Positions 29,658 through 39,972 are shown, numbered from the stretch's first letter. The stretch: DNA of 64,000 bases from Candidatus Eiseniibacteriota bacterium (GCA_041946735.1 JBHGAY010000022.1:1-64000), one strand, 5' to 3'. Notes: generated by a model not told the origin, from the sequence alone. Numbers and translations are program-made.

Positions 29658-30887
29658 ATGCGTGTATCCCATGGTCCTTTCCTGCGCCGTGTGCTCCCGC
29701 TCGTCCTCGCAGCAAGTCTCGCTGGCTCCGCCGGTGTCGCGCGTGCGACGACCTGGCATGTTCCCGGCGATGCGGAGACGATCCAGGGCGGCATCGATCT
29801 CGCCGCGCCTGGCGACGATGTGATCGTCGGGCCGGGCACGTACCTCGAGTCCGGCATCCGGATGAAGTCCGGAGTCCTGCTGCACAGCGAAGCGGGACCC
29901 GAGGCGACCATCGTCGACGGCCAGAGGCTGAACGCCATCTTCTACTGCGTCGATTGCGCCGAGCAGGCGGTGATTGACGGCTTCACGATCCGCAATGGCC
30001 AAAGCTCCGATGGCTATTGGGGAGGCTTCCTGTGCGAGCGCTCCCTGGTCGCGATCCGGGACTGCATCATTCGCGACAGCTGGCCCGACGCGATCGTGAT
30101 TCTTGACACGTCGGACGTGGAGGTCGAGGGGTGCCGGATCGAGGGCTGCCACGCCGCTCTCTTCACGGAGTGGTCGATCGTGCGAGTGACGGACTGTGTC
30201 GTTCGCGATAATCGCTACGGTCTGGGCGGCTATGCGTTCGACCTGACAGTCAGCCGATGCGTCATCACCCGCAACGTCCCGGACGACGGCGAGGGGTGGG
30301 GGATCGGAGTGGGCCTCTGCCAGCTCCGCGTCGAGGACACCGAGGTGACGGCGAATCGGGGAAGCGGCATCATGCTCTCCGAATCGACGTCGTCCATCAT
30401 CGGCTGCACCATCGCCCACAACTGGGTGGTGAACGGAGAGTTCAGCGGAGGAATCGTACCGGAGTACAGCACCGTCCACCTGGAGCGGACGATCGTGTAC
30501 GGGAACGAAGGGGCCTACAGCGACAACTGCCCCCCGGGATCTGCCTACTGCTCGCTTATACGGAGCCGATGCGACGATCTGGGAGGCAACTTCTGGGAGG
30601 ATCCCCTCTTCTGCGATGCGGAGGGCGGCGACTACCGCTTGGATGCCCTCTCGCCATGCCTTCCAGGCAACCATCCGGACGGAGACGATTGCGGCTTGAT
30701 CGGCGCCTACGGAATGGGCTGCAGCACGCACGGAGCGTGTTGCGTGGCGGAAACCTGCATCCTCGGGAACCAGCAAGACTGCGATGGCGAGTATCTCGGT
30801 GATGGGGTTGCCTGCGACCCGAATCCCTGTGTCGCCTCGGCGACCCAGTCGACGACGTGGGGACGGCTACGGAGCATGTTCCGCTAG
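29658..30887 (+). CDS. Secreted right-handed parallel beta-helix protein with Cys-rich C-terminus and 'TWGRLRSMFR' tail
   Basis: Signal peptide; TIQGGIDLAAPGDDVIVGPGTYLE; DPLFCD...DYRL..SPCLP; AAGGAGG SD. Confidence 0.82.
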   Translation: MRVSHGPFLRRVLPLVLAASLAGSAGVARATTWHVPGDAETIQGGIDLAAPGDDVIVGPGTYLESGIRMKSGVLLHSEAGPEATIVDGQRLNAIFYCVDCAEQAVIDGFTIRNGQSSDGYWGGFLCERSLVAIRDCIIRDSWPDAIVILDTSDVEVEGCRIEGCHAALFTEWSIVRVTDCVVRDNRYGLGGYAFDLTVSRCVITRNVPDDGEGWGIGVGLCQLRVEDTEVTANRGSGIMLSESTSSIIGCTIAHNWVVNGEFSGGIVPEYSTVHLERTIVYGNEGAYSDNCPPGSAYCSLIRSRCDDLGGNFWEDPLFCDAEGGDYRLDALSPCLPGNHPDGDDCGLIGAYGMGCSTHGACCVAETCILGNQQDCDGEYLGDGVACDPNPCVASATQSTTWGRLRSMFR

Positions 30888-30909
30888 GTCAGGTGCCTGC
30901 GCGGTGAGT

Positions 30910-30959
30910 GCGGGAGGGCGGTATCCACGACCTCCGCCGCGGTCGTGCCGCCCTCCCGC
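30910..30959. terminator. GC-rich hairpin between convergent genes
   Basis: gcgggagggcggta pairs with tgccgccctcccgc, with inner cacgacc/ggtcgtg stem; no clear U-tract. Confidence 0.5.
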
Positions 30960-30966
30960 CGCACCC

Positions 30967-33174
30967 TCACCGAGTCATCACGATCCGCTGGCTGGCCGCC
31001 GCGCCGTCCGTCGTGACGCGAGCGAGATAGATCCCGGGCGCCACTTCCCGGCCCTCACTGTCTCGGCCGTCCCAGGGGACGTAATGGGTACCCGGACCCA
31101 TCGCGCCGCTCGCGAGGCTTCGAACCAGCCTTCCGCTGATGTCCACGATCGTCGCCCGCACTGAGCAGCCCGCGGCGGGAAGCTCGAGGCGCAACACAGC
31201 CGATCCCCGGGCCGGGTTGGGAAGGACGCCGAGTTTCAGCCCGGCGTCCGCGCCGCCGGCGAGATCCGCGACGCCGCTCGGCGCAACCGGGCAGATGTTC
31301 TCGAGGATCACCAGACCACTCGGTCCCGCCAGGTACAGATCGGAGTTGCGGATCAGAATCGTGCTCACATCCGGGACGTGCATCGTCGCGACGATCCGCG
31401 GGTCGGTCGGCTCGGAAATGTCCACCTGGTACACGAGATCGGCGTCCGCGCAGAATGCGTACGAGGCGTTTGCGCCGTCGACTGCGACAACTGCGAGTGA
31501 CGTTCCGGTGTCCGACGTGCCTACGAGTGCCGGGATTGCGGGATTCGAAACGTCGATCACCGCGAGGCCGCCGCTGCCGTCCGCGAGGTAGGCGTAGGAG
31601 CCGGATACCGCGACGCGCTTGGCGTCCGTCGTGTCGAGCTGGCCCACGATCGCCGGATTCCGAGGATCCCGGATGTCGACGACATAGAGGCCCCATGTGG
31701 TGGCAGGGAGATACGCGTAGCCTTCCGATAGCGCCAGCGAGTAGACGTTGTGGCCCTGGATCGAGAGGGAGGCGACGATGGCGGGCCACGCGGGATCCGA
31801 CACGTCGATCACCTGGAGACCCCGGCCGCCGTCTGCGACATAGGCATAGGAACCGGAGATGGCGACCCCGCGAGCGTGCCCCGGCGTGTCCGCGATCCCG
31901 ACGACCTGCGGATCCCTCTCATCCGAGATGTCGAACGTCACGAGGCCAAAGTCGTCGTCGGCGAGGAATGCGTAAATGCCTCGGACCGCGACGTCCCGGG
32001 CGGAACCGATAATCGTGCCGCTTCCTAGGAACTGCGGCTTCACGGGATCCCAGAAGTCGTACAGCGCGATGCCGCCGGGCACCACGAGGCAGCCCAGGAA
32101 GTTGTCGATGACCAGGTCGCCGATGGTTCTGTCCAGCGGCCGTTCGGCAGTGTCGAGCTGACTCACGTCGACCACGACGAGGCCGAACTCCTCGTCGGCC
32201 ACGTATGCGTAGTCCCCCGAGAGCGCGAATCCGGTCACGCCAGAGTGATAGTCGGCGAAGGACACCGCGCCGACGACCCGCGGAGCGAGGGGATCGCTGA
32301 AGTCCGCGGCGACCACACCGCCCAACGTCGTCATCAAGGCGTGCGTTCCCTTCACGGCGAGGGTCCATCCGCTCGTGTAGGTGTCGCTGAGACGCAGGAG
32401 CTGCCCGGGGTCCGAGATGTCGATCACCTCGAGACCCATCCCGCAGCCCGCGTAGGCATAGGTGCCCTCGGTCACGACGTCGAAGTACTGGTAGTAGTCG
32501 GTCCCGAGGGAGTCGAGGACTCGCGGATGCAGCGGATCGCGGACGTCGACCGAAGTGAACACGCCCTCGCCGGCGACATACGCGATGGTGCCGGCGACCG
32601 TCACTCCGAAGTCATATTGAGAGGTCTTGATGCTCGAGACGATCTGCGGATGGGCAGGATCGTCGACGTCGATGAAGATCAAGCCCGCAAAGCCCCCCGC
32701 GACGCAGGCCAGGAATCCCGGATGCGACGAGTCTTGACAGATCGCGATCCCGTTGCCCTGCTTCGGCAGCTGGACGCTCCCTTGGAGGCGGGGGTTCCTG
32801 GGATCTTTGAGATCGATGACGCGGAATACCGCGGAGTCGCTGGCGCCGGTGACGTAGGCATGCCTGCCGGAGATCGTGATGCAGCCGGCGGGCGGCATGT
32901 CGAGATGGCCGACCGGGGTCGGCTTCTCGGGGCTCGAGATGTCGAGCACGTCGAGCCCCCCGGGATCGCGTGTGACGACGTACGCATAGTGGCTCGAGAT
33001 GGCGACGTCCTGCGGCCGACCCGGGATGGCAGTAGTCGCGACGACGTGGAGGTAGTCGCCGTACTCGACGCAGGGGGCGGACGAGGACGAAGGCGCCTGT
33101 AGCAGCGCCGCGATCAGTCCGAGGGTCAGCGCTAGGGTCAGCCGCAGGGTCAGGCGAGGGATGCGCGCATTCAT
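30967..33174 (-). CDS. Secreted LVIVD-repeat beta-propeller protein with C-terminal FlgD-Ig-like domain
   Basis: Repeated VAVSGSYAYVAD..GLxVIDVSDP; tail PNPARG...WDGRDSEGREVAPGIY. Confidence 0.88.
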   Translation of the reverse strand: MNARIPRLTLRLTLALTLGLIAALLQAPSSSSAPCVEYGDYLHVVATTAIPGRPQDVAISSHYAYVVTRDPGGLDVLDISSPEKPTPVGHLDMPPAGCITISGRHAYVTGASDSAVFRVIDLKDPRNPRLQGSVQLPKQGNGIAICQDSSHPGFLACVAGGFAGLIFIDVDDPAHPQIVSSIKTSQYDFGVTVAGTIAYVAGEGVFTSVDVRDPLHPRVLDSLGTDYYQYFDVVTEGTYAYAGCGMGLEVIDISDPGQLLRLSDTYTSGWTLAVKGTHALMTTLGGVVAADFSDPLAPRVVGAVSFADYHSGVTGFALSGDYAYVADEEFGLVVVDVSQLDTAERPLDRTIGDLVIDNFLGCLVVPGGIALYDFWDPVKPQFLGSGTIIGSARDVAVRGIYAFLADDDFGLVTFDISDERDPQVVGIADTPGHARGVAISGSYAYVADGGRGLQVIDVSDPAWPAIVASLSIQGHNVYSLALSEGYAYLPATTWGLYVVDIRDPRNPAIVGQLDTTDAKRVAVSGSYAYLADGSGGLAVIDVSNPAIPALVGTSDTGTSLAVVAVDGANASYAFCADADLVYQVDISEPTDPRIVATMHVPDVSTILIRNSDLYLAGPSGLVILENICPVAPSGVADLAGGADAGLKLGVLPNPARGSAVLRLELPAAGCSVRATIVDISGRLVRSLASGAMGPGTHYVPWDGRDSEGREVAPGIYLARVTTDGAAASQRIVMTR

Positions 33175-33321
33175 GGTCGGGCACTCCTTTCGAGCCGCGC
33201 GAAGCTCACGGTAGCGGGAACGACAAACGCCGGCACGAGGAGCAGGCCGCGGCGAAGGGGGAGTGTCAGGGGTCGAAGGAACGCAACGGCACAGCGCGCG
33301 AGGGCGCGGCCGCCTCTTCGC

Positions 33322-33361
33322 TCATCGCTGCTCTTTCACCGCGACGATACTAGCACCGCGG
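33322..33361 (-). repeat. Copy 2 of the 40-bp intergenic element (extended -10-like TGCTAGTAT)
   Basis: 35/40 identical to 29418-29457; TTGCTC lies 16 nt upstream on the minus strand. Confidence 0.8.
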
Positions 33362-33562
33362 GGGCATCGAGCAAACGAACGACTGTGAGGGCGGGGGGCG
33401 GCTGTCCGCATCGGCAGGATTGTCGTGATTCCGCTAGGCGGATCGCCGGGAGGCGGATAGGATCCCCGGTTCCGAAAGAGCCCCGCGAGGGGCGAGAGCT
33501 CGCTGACGTCGTAGGCCGCGCACCCGTGGCAACCAACACGACCGCGAAGAAAGGTCCTCACG

Positions 33563-34789
33563 ATGTTCCCAGAGCCTTCCAATCGAGATCGGTCTATGGC
33601 CCGCGCTCTCCGGCGCCTCACAGGTGTTCTCGGGTTCGCGCTCGCGTGCGTCCTGTCGCTCGTCGGCGCGGCCTTCGCGCCCGCCCCCGCGATTGCCTCC
33701 CTCCCGCCGTACGCAGAGCAATGGTTCACGCCGGGTCAGCCGGAGGACGTCGACGTCGACGTCTACGGCCGCGTCTGGGTTGCGTGCTCGGACGATTCGG
33801 TCCGTGTCTACTCGTCGCGCGGCGGCCAGCTCCTGTTCTCCTTCGGCGGCAGCGGCGAGGGGGACGGCCAGTTCCACGATCCCTTCGGGATCCAGTTCGC
33901 CCCGGACGGGACGGTGTACATCTGCGACTACGCCGGGACGCGCGTCGAGCGATTCACGAGCGAAGGAGACTTTCTTCTCTCGTGGCCGATCCCGAGCGAC
34001 CGCGCCGACCACGTCGCGATCGACGACCTGGGCGATGTCTACGTGACCGGCTTCTCGAACGGCTTCATCCATAAGTACGACGCCGTCGGGAACCCGGTCG
34101 TGGAGTGGCCGAGCGTGAGCGGCGGCCGTCCCTCGGGTGTCCTGGTGATGGGAGGGATCCTCTACGTCGTCCCGTGGGATGTCTACGAGATCGAGCAATA
34201 CGCGCTCGACGGGACCTATCTCGGCTCCTTCCCGATCGAGACCGCATTCGGCGTCGATCTCGAGCAGGACGCGCTCGGTCAGCTCTGGCTCGCCGACTGG
34301 ATCAACGGCGTGCTCCGCGTCTACACGGCGGATGGCCAGCCGGTCGAGGTCCTGGGAGAGTTCGGCAGCGACCCGGGCCAGTTCAACGGCCCGGCCGGGA
34401 TCGCGTTCGGGACGGAGGGCTCGGTCTACGTCGCGGACCAGTTGAACGGCCGCATCCAGCGCTTCGGAGACGTCTCGGCCGACGTGCCCGCTTCGGGTGG
34501 CCGGATCCTCGCCTCGCTCGCGCTCCGCGCAATCACGCCGAACCCGAGCCGCGGCGAGGTCGCTCTCGTCTATTCCGTCCCGCGCTCCGAACGGGTCGTC
34601 GTGACCGTGGCCGACTTGTCGGGACGTCGGGTCGCCACGCTCGCCGATGCACCGGTGAGCGCCGGGCAGCACCAGCTCTCCTGGGTCCCGCGCGGAGAAG
34701 ACGGGCGCCGGCTTCCCACGGGCACCTACTTCGTCCGGGTGCAGGGGGAGAGCGGGGCGAGCGTGGGACGGCTGATTCTCCTGCAGTGA
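33563..34789 (+). CDS. Secreted NHL-repeat protein with C-terminal FlgD-Ig-like domain
   Basis: GEGDGQFHDPFGI, GQFNGPAGIAF..VYVADQLNGRIQRF; tail PNPSRG...GRRLPTGTYF. Start may be ATG 33596. Confidence 0.85.
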   Translation: MFPEPSNRDRSMARALRRLTGVLGFALACVLSLVGAAFAPAPAIASLPPYAEQWFTPGQPEDVDVDVYGRVWVACSDDSVRVYSSRGGQLLFSFGGSGEGDGQFHDPFGIQFAPDGTVYICDYAGTRVERFTSEGDFLLSWPIPSDRADHVAIDDLGDVYVTGFSNGFIHKYDAVGNPVVEWPSVSGGRPSGVLVMGGILYVVPWDVYEIEQYALDGTYLGSFPIETAFGVDLEQDALGQLWLADWINGVLRVYTADGQPVEVLGEFGSDPGQFNGPAGIAFGTEGSVYVADQLNGRIQRFGDVSADVPASGGRILASLALRAITPNPSRGEVALVYSVPRSERVVVTVADLSGRRVATLADAPVSAGQHQLSWVPRGEDGRRLPTGTYFVRVQGESGASVGRLILLQ

Positions 34790-34936
34790 TAGGAGCGACC
34801 CTGAACCAGGCTTGGGTCGTTGACGGTGACCGTCCTCTCGGTGCAGGGGCGGGTCGCCGATCGGCCGGAGCCTCGATCCGCCAGTGGTTCGTCACCCGTT
34901 GGGGCCCTGCCGCTCCCCTGCAGGAGGGTTATCGCC

Positions 34937-37900
34937 ATGTCCACGAGATCCAGCGCGCGTCCAGTGAACGTTCCTGCCGCGACCGGCACGATTCGACCTC
35001 TCCGCGCACCGGCCGCCCTCCTGAGTATGTTGGGCATCCTGCTCATCGTGCCTATCGTTCAGCCGGCCCGCTCCGAGGCCGACCCCGCCCGCAACTCGGA
35101 GTCACCGCTGCCGCCGAGCCTTCTGCAGGCGGGAGGCGACGCGACCTGGTGGCATACGATCATCACGGATCTCGCGCGCCGGGAATACGACGTTACGGCG
35201 ACTTCCACGGGAGACCTGCAGGCGCCCAACCGGAGCCAGAACCTGCGCGCGACATTTCGGCCGACAGGGATCGCGGTCGTGCCGCGCGCGGACGAGAACG
35301 CTGCGCCCGCTTGGCGGTTCGCTTGGGAGACGCGCGGCATCGGGCGCGAAGGTGAGATCGAGACGACCGGTCCTGTCACCCCCGAGGCCGTCGGTGCGCG
35401 CGTGACATACACCCACGGCGGGTGGAGCGAGTGGTATGAAAACACGGCGAATGGACTCGAGCAGGGGTTCACCGTGGCGCAACGGCCGCCGGGCGATCGT
35501 CCGCTTCGGATCGAGGGAAAGGTCTCGGGCGGCGGCACGCTCGAAGCGCAGCAGAACGAGAACGGCGCGATCGACTTCCTCGATGCTCACGGCGCGTGCG
35601 TGATCCGCTACGGAGAACTGCACGCGCGGGACGCCCGAGGAAGCGAGCTGCCGTCGAAGCTGATCGCTTCGGGAGAACAGCTCGCAATCGAGGTGGACGA
35701 TTCCCGTGCCGTCTATCCCCTCGCCGTCGATCCGTTGCTCTCATCTCCTGCCTGGACCGCCGAGAGCAATCAGGCGAGCTCCAACTTCGGCGTGTCGGTG
35801 GCGACGGCCGGCGACGTGAACGGCGACGGCTACTCCGATGTCATCGTCGGCGCCTCCAACTATGACAATGGCCAGACCAATGAGGGAGAGGTATTCGTCT
35901 ACCAGGGCTCGCCCGCCGGCCCGAGCAGCGTTCCCTCCTGGACCGCGGAGAGCGATCAGGCGGGGGCTCTGTTCGGCTCTTCGGTGGCATGCGCGGGTGA
36001 TGTCGACGGCGACGGCTACTCGGACATCATCGTCGGCGCCTATGACTACGATAACGGGCAGGACAACGAGGGACGGGCCTTCGTTTTTCTCGGCTCGGCC
36101 TCGGGACTCGGCGCGTCCGCCGCCTGGACCGCCGAGAGCGATCAAGCGGGCGCTCTCTTCGGCTATTCGGTGGCCTCCGCGGGTGATGTGAATGGCGACG
36201 GATTCTCCGACGTCGTCATCGGGGCCTACAGCTATGACAACGGCCAGTCCAATGAGGGGCGCGCGTATCTGTACAACGGCTCGAACGCGGGGCTGCAAGC
36301 CTCACCCGCCTGGACGGCAGAGAGCGATCAGGCGAATGCCAACTTCGGCTTCTCCGTGGCCACTGCCGGGGACATCAACGGGGACGGCGACTCGGATGTC
36401 ATCGTGGGCTCCATCACGTTCAGCAACGACCAGTCGGGCGAGGGCAGGGCCTTCGTGTATCACGGCTCTCCTGGTGGATTGAGCGCGGCCGCCGCCTGGA
36501 CAGCGGAGAGCGACCAGGCCCAGGCGTTCTTCGGGTGGTCCGTATCGACGGCCGGGGATGTGAACGGCGACGGATACTCCGACGTGATCGTGGGCGCAGT
36601 CAGCTTCGACGACGGGCAGGAGAACGAAGGACGAGCCTATGTCTACGAGGGCTCTGCAGCCGGTCTCGGCACGGTCGACTGGATCGCGGAGAGCGACCAG
36701 GCCTTCGCCGAGTTCGGCTGCTCCGTGGCCACGGCGGGGGACGTGAACGGTGACGGATACGCGGACGTCCTGGTCGGCGCCGACTCGTACGACAACGGGC
36801 AGACCAACGAGGGGCGGGTCTTTGTCTATCAGGGTTCCGCAGCGGGCTTGCCCAACTCACCGACCTGGACGGCAGAGTCCGACCAGGGGGGAGGTCTTTT
36901 CGGAACTTCCGTGGCATCCGCGGGGGACGTGAATGGTGACGGATACTCCGATGTCATCATCGGCGCGACGGGATTTGACAACGGGCAGACCGATGAGGGC
37001 CGCGCCTTCGTGTACCTGGGCGCGCCGAGCGGGCTTTCTCTCACCTCCGGATGGTTCGCCGACGGCGGCCAGGACGATGACCGATTCGGCTATATGATCG
37101 CGGCAGCGGGCGATGTGAATGGCGACGGCTACGGTGACGTGATTGTGGGGGCCCCGTTGTTCGACCATGGCCAAACCGGTGAGGGGATGGCGCTCGTCTT
37201 CCATGGCTCGCCCGACGGGCTATCGTCCTTCCCCGCATGGACGGTGGAGGGAAACCAGGAGGACTGCACCCTCGGCATCGCGGTGGGGACGGCCGGCGAC
37301 GTCAACGGCGACGGCTTCGCGGACGTCATCGTGGGCGCCGACGGCTATGACCATGGCCAGTCCCGCGAAGGCGGCGCCTTCGTCTATCTCGGTTCCGCGG
37401 CCGGGCTGTCGACCACGCCGGCGTGGACGTTCGAGAGCGACCAGGTGGACGCGCTCATGGGGACGGCGGCCGGATGCGCCGGCGATGTGAACGGCGACGG
37501 CTACTCGGACGTTCTCGTCGGTTCGGAGATCTACGACAACGGCGAGCAGGATGAGGGACGGGCCTACCTCTTCGAGGGATCGAGCACGGGCCTCTCCGCG
37601 GCCCCGGCCTGGATCGCGGAGGGTGACCAGGCGGGAGCCCGATTCGGTTCCGCCACGCGGACGGCGGGGGATGTGAATGGCGACGGTTTCTCGGATGTGA
37701 TCATCGGGGCGCCGTACTACGACAACGGCCAGACGGACGAGGGACGCGTCTACGTATACGAGGGTTCCAGCACGGGCCTGTCCGCGACCCCCGCCTGGAT
37801 GGTGGAAGGCGACCAAAGCGAGGCCACGTTTGGAGCCTCGCTCGGCACGGCAGGCGACGTGAACGGCGACGGCTACTCCGATGTCATCGTGGGCGCCGTG

Positions 37901-39055
37901 CAATACGACAACGGGCAGTCGCAGGAAGGCGCGGCCTGGATCTACATGGGCTCGGCCGGAGGCCTCGCGACCTCGCCGGCCTGGGTGCAAGAGGGGAATC
38001 AGGCCGGCGCCTTCTTCGGCTGCTCGGTCGGGACCGCCGGGGACGTGAATGGCGACGGCTACTCCGACATCATCGTCGGAGCCATGCTGTACGACAACGG
38101 ACAGAGCGAGGAGGGCCGGGCGTTCGTGTACCACGGCTCGGCCAGCGGTGTCGCGACGGCGGCCGCCTGGGCAGCGGAGGGGGATCAGACGAACGCGTTC
38201 TTCGGTTACTCGGTCGCTGCCGCCGGCGACGTGAACGGCGACGGCTTCTCCGATGTGATCGTCAGCGCGATCTACTACAACAACGGACAGGCCGCCGGTG
38301 GGCGGACCTTCGCCTACTACGGCAATGGAGGCGATGGGCTCGATCGCCTCCCGCTCCAGGCGACGACGGACGACTCGAAGCTCATCGCGCTCCTCGGCGC
38401 TTCCGATTCGGATACGGCGTTCCGTCTCCGGGCGCTCGGTCGCACGTGCACGGGGCGCGGCCACGTGCGGCTGCAATACGAGGTGAAGCCGGCCGGGATG
38501 CCGCTGGATGGAACTGCGCTCGGAGACGGCCCGCTGGTTGACACCGGCGCTCCCGGCCCGGCTGGCAGCGTCGTTGGTTTGAGTGAGCTCGCGAGCGGGC
38601 TCACCTCCGCGACCCTCTACCACTGGCGCCTGCGGACCGTCAGCGACTCGCCGTTCGCTCCGCTCTCGCCGTGGTTCGGGATGACCGGCAACGCGCTGAG
38701 CGAGGCCGACCTCCGAACCCAGGAGCCGCTGACCGGCGTCGACGAAGACGGGGCCGCCGCTCCGCAGCGAGCTGGTGATCGGCTCGGCGCTCCCGTTCCG
38801 AACCCGCTCGTCTCGTTGACGCGGTTCGCGTACACGCTGTCGGAAGGCGGTCGGAGCCGACTGGCGGTCTACGACATCGCTGGCCGGGAGGTCGCGGTTC
38901 TGAGGAACGGAGTCCTCGCGGCAGGACGGTACGAGGAGTCGTGGGACGGACGCGATGAGCGAGGCAAGGAGGTGCGGAGCGGTGTCTACTTCCTCCGCCT
39001 CGATCGTGGCGGTCGTGGGCAGGTCGACGTCCGGAAGCTCATCAAGGTGCGATAA
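34937..39055 (+). CDS. Large secreted FG-GAP repeat protein with N-terminal extension and C-terminal FlgD-Ig-like domain
   Basis: Regular WTAESDQ...AGDVNGDGYSDVIVGA..YDNGQTxEG repeats; N-terminal EWYENTANGLEQGF; tail WDGRDERGKEVRSGVY; GGAGG SD. Confidence 0.9.
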   Translation: MSTRSSARPVNVPAATGTIRPLRAPAALLSMLGILLIVPIVQPARSEADPARNSESPLPPSLLQAGGDATWWHTIITDLARREYDVTATSTGDLQAPNRSQNLRATFRPTGIAVVPRADENAAPAWRFAWETRGIGREGEIETTGPVTPEAVGARVTYTHGGWSEWYENTANGLEQGFTVAQRPPGDRPLRIEGKVSGGGTLEAQQNENGAIDFLDAHGACVIRYGELHARDARGSELPSKLIASGEQLAIEVDDSRAVYPLAVDPLLSSPAWTAESNQASSNFGVSVATAGDVNGDGYSDVIVGASNYDNGQTNEGEVFVYQGSPAGPSSVPSWTAESDQAGALFGSSVACAGDVDGDGYSDIIVGAYDYDNGQDNEGRAFVFLGSASGLGASAAWTAESDQAGALFGYSVASAGDVNGDGFSDVVIGAYSYDNGQSNEGRAYLYNGSNAGLQASPAWTAESDQANANFGFSVATAGDINGDGDSDVIVGSITFSNDQSGEGRAFVYHGSPGGLSAAAAWTAESDQAQAFFGWSVSTAGDVNGDGYSDVIVGAVSFDDGQENEGRAYVYEGSAAGLGTVDWIAESDQAFAEFGCSVATAGDVNGDGYADVLVGADSYDNGQTNEGRVFVYQGSAAGLPNSPTWTAESDQGGGLFGTSVASAGDVNGDGYSDVIIGATGFDNGQTDEGRAFVYLGAPSGLSLTSGWFADGGQDDDRFGYMIAAAGDVNGDGYGDVIVGAPLFDHGQTGEGMALVFHGSPDGLSSFPAWTVEGNQEDCTLGIAVGTAGDVNGDGFADVIVGADGYDHGQSREGGAFVYLGSAAGLSTTPAWTFESDQVDALMGTAAGCAGDVNGDGYSDVLVGSEIYDNGEQDEGRAYLFEGSSTGLSAAPAWIAEGDQAGARFGSATRTAGDVNGDGFSDVIIGAPYYDNGQTDEGRVYVYEGSSTGLSATPAWMVEGDQSEATFGASLGTAGDVNGDGYSDVIVGAVQYDNGQSQEGAAWIYMGSAGGLATSPAWVQEGNQAGAFFGCSVGTAGDVNGDGYSDIIVGAMLYDNGQSEEGRAFVYHGSASGVATAAAWAAEGDQTNAFFGYSVAAAGDVNGDGFSDVIVSAIYYNNGQAAGGRTFAYYGNGGDGLDRLPLQATTDDSKLIALLGASDSDTAFRLRALGRTCTGRGHVRLQYEVKPAGMPLDGTALGDGPLVDTGAPGPAGSVVGLSELASGLTSATLYHWRLRTVSDSPFAPLSPWFGMTGNALSEADLRTQEPLTGVDEDGAAAPQRAGDRLGAPVPNPLVSLTRFAYTLSEGGRSRLAVYDIAGREVAVLRNGVLAAGRYEESWDGRDERGKEVRSGVYFLRLDRGGRGQVDVRKLIKVR

Positions 39056-39304
39056 TGTCTTCACCTTCTGACTTCAGCCTTCCAGTGACGGGAGGGCGGA
39101 GGAGGCATGGGCCTCTCTCGCTCTCCCGTTCTTCTTTGCTTCTTGTTCGGGATTGCTCGCACTACGGGGGAGAGAATGGGCAGGCCTGAGGGCCGGGCCG
39201 GACGGAGCGGGACCCACCATGCGGCCATGGTGCTGTCAACAGGACGGGGGCCTTGTTGGGCCGGTCCCTTCACCCGGGCGCCGGAAACCGGGCGAACGCA
39301 GCGG

Positions 39305-39600
39305 CGACGCGTGAACTGCTGATTCGGACCGCGTCGAATCGGGAGTCGACGCGTCGATGTTGCACTCGCCCGGCGCCGGTCGTCGCTTCGACGCGTCGAT
39401 GCTCCCCCCGCCCCGTCGCCGGTGTCGCCCCGTGTCGCCTTGTGTCGCCGATTGTGTCGCCGGAGACGTTTCGGACGCTTCGATGTCGTCTGCGACCGCC
39501 GCCGGAAGCCGCTCCGACGCGTCGATGCCGCATTCGCCCGGCGCAAGTTCTTCTTCTGACGCGTTGTCGGAATTCGGACGATCGCCGGCGGCGAGCCGCG
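39305..39600. repeat. Degenerate 42-bp-period repeat array with palindromic core CGACGCGTCG(ATG)
   Basis: Core starts at 39305, 39347, 39389, 39473, 39515 and 39557 (multiples of 42); a second motif CGCCGG recurs at offset 26-28 in most units. Confidence 0.72.
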
Positions 39601-39972
39601 CGAACGTCGAACGCTCGACGATAAAAACGCGTCGCCATGCCATTCCGCAGCCGTCGGATGCAGCACCGGCGCTTCCGCGGGCCGTCCGACGACCGTCGAA
39701 AGCGGACACAAGAAGTTCTTCTCGTATCCACCCACCGTCGCGCGCAGCACTGACGCATCCGTCCCGCCCTCGACGCGCTCCCGTCGCAGCTCCGACGCGT
39801 CTCGGCATCGTTCTGGCGATGGCGTGTCCAGCGGGGGTGGGTGGATGCGGCGTTCGACCGTCGCAGGACGATGATTCCGAACGTCGATGCTGCGTCCTCC
39901 CGGATTCGGAAGCCCAGAGGACCGAAACAGGACCGGCTCGCCCGGTCCCCAGGAGGAAAGGAGGAGCAGGGG

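Noticed and set aside
33380..33560. Possible riboswitch upstream of the NHL gene (also 34790-34930)
   Set aside because: Hairpins are present but I could not match a known riboswitch consensus; an Infernal scan is needed.
35750..38300. Regularly spaced near-identical DNA repeats (ggcgacgtgaacggcgacggc) resembling an array
   Set aside because: They are in-frame FG-GAP coding repeats with synonymous variation, not CRISPR.
39305..39600. CRISPR interpretation of the 42-bp array
   Set aside because: The conserved part is only ~13 nt and degenerate, the period is too short, and no cas genes are in the window.
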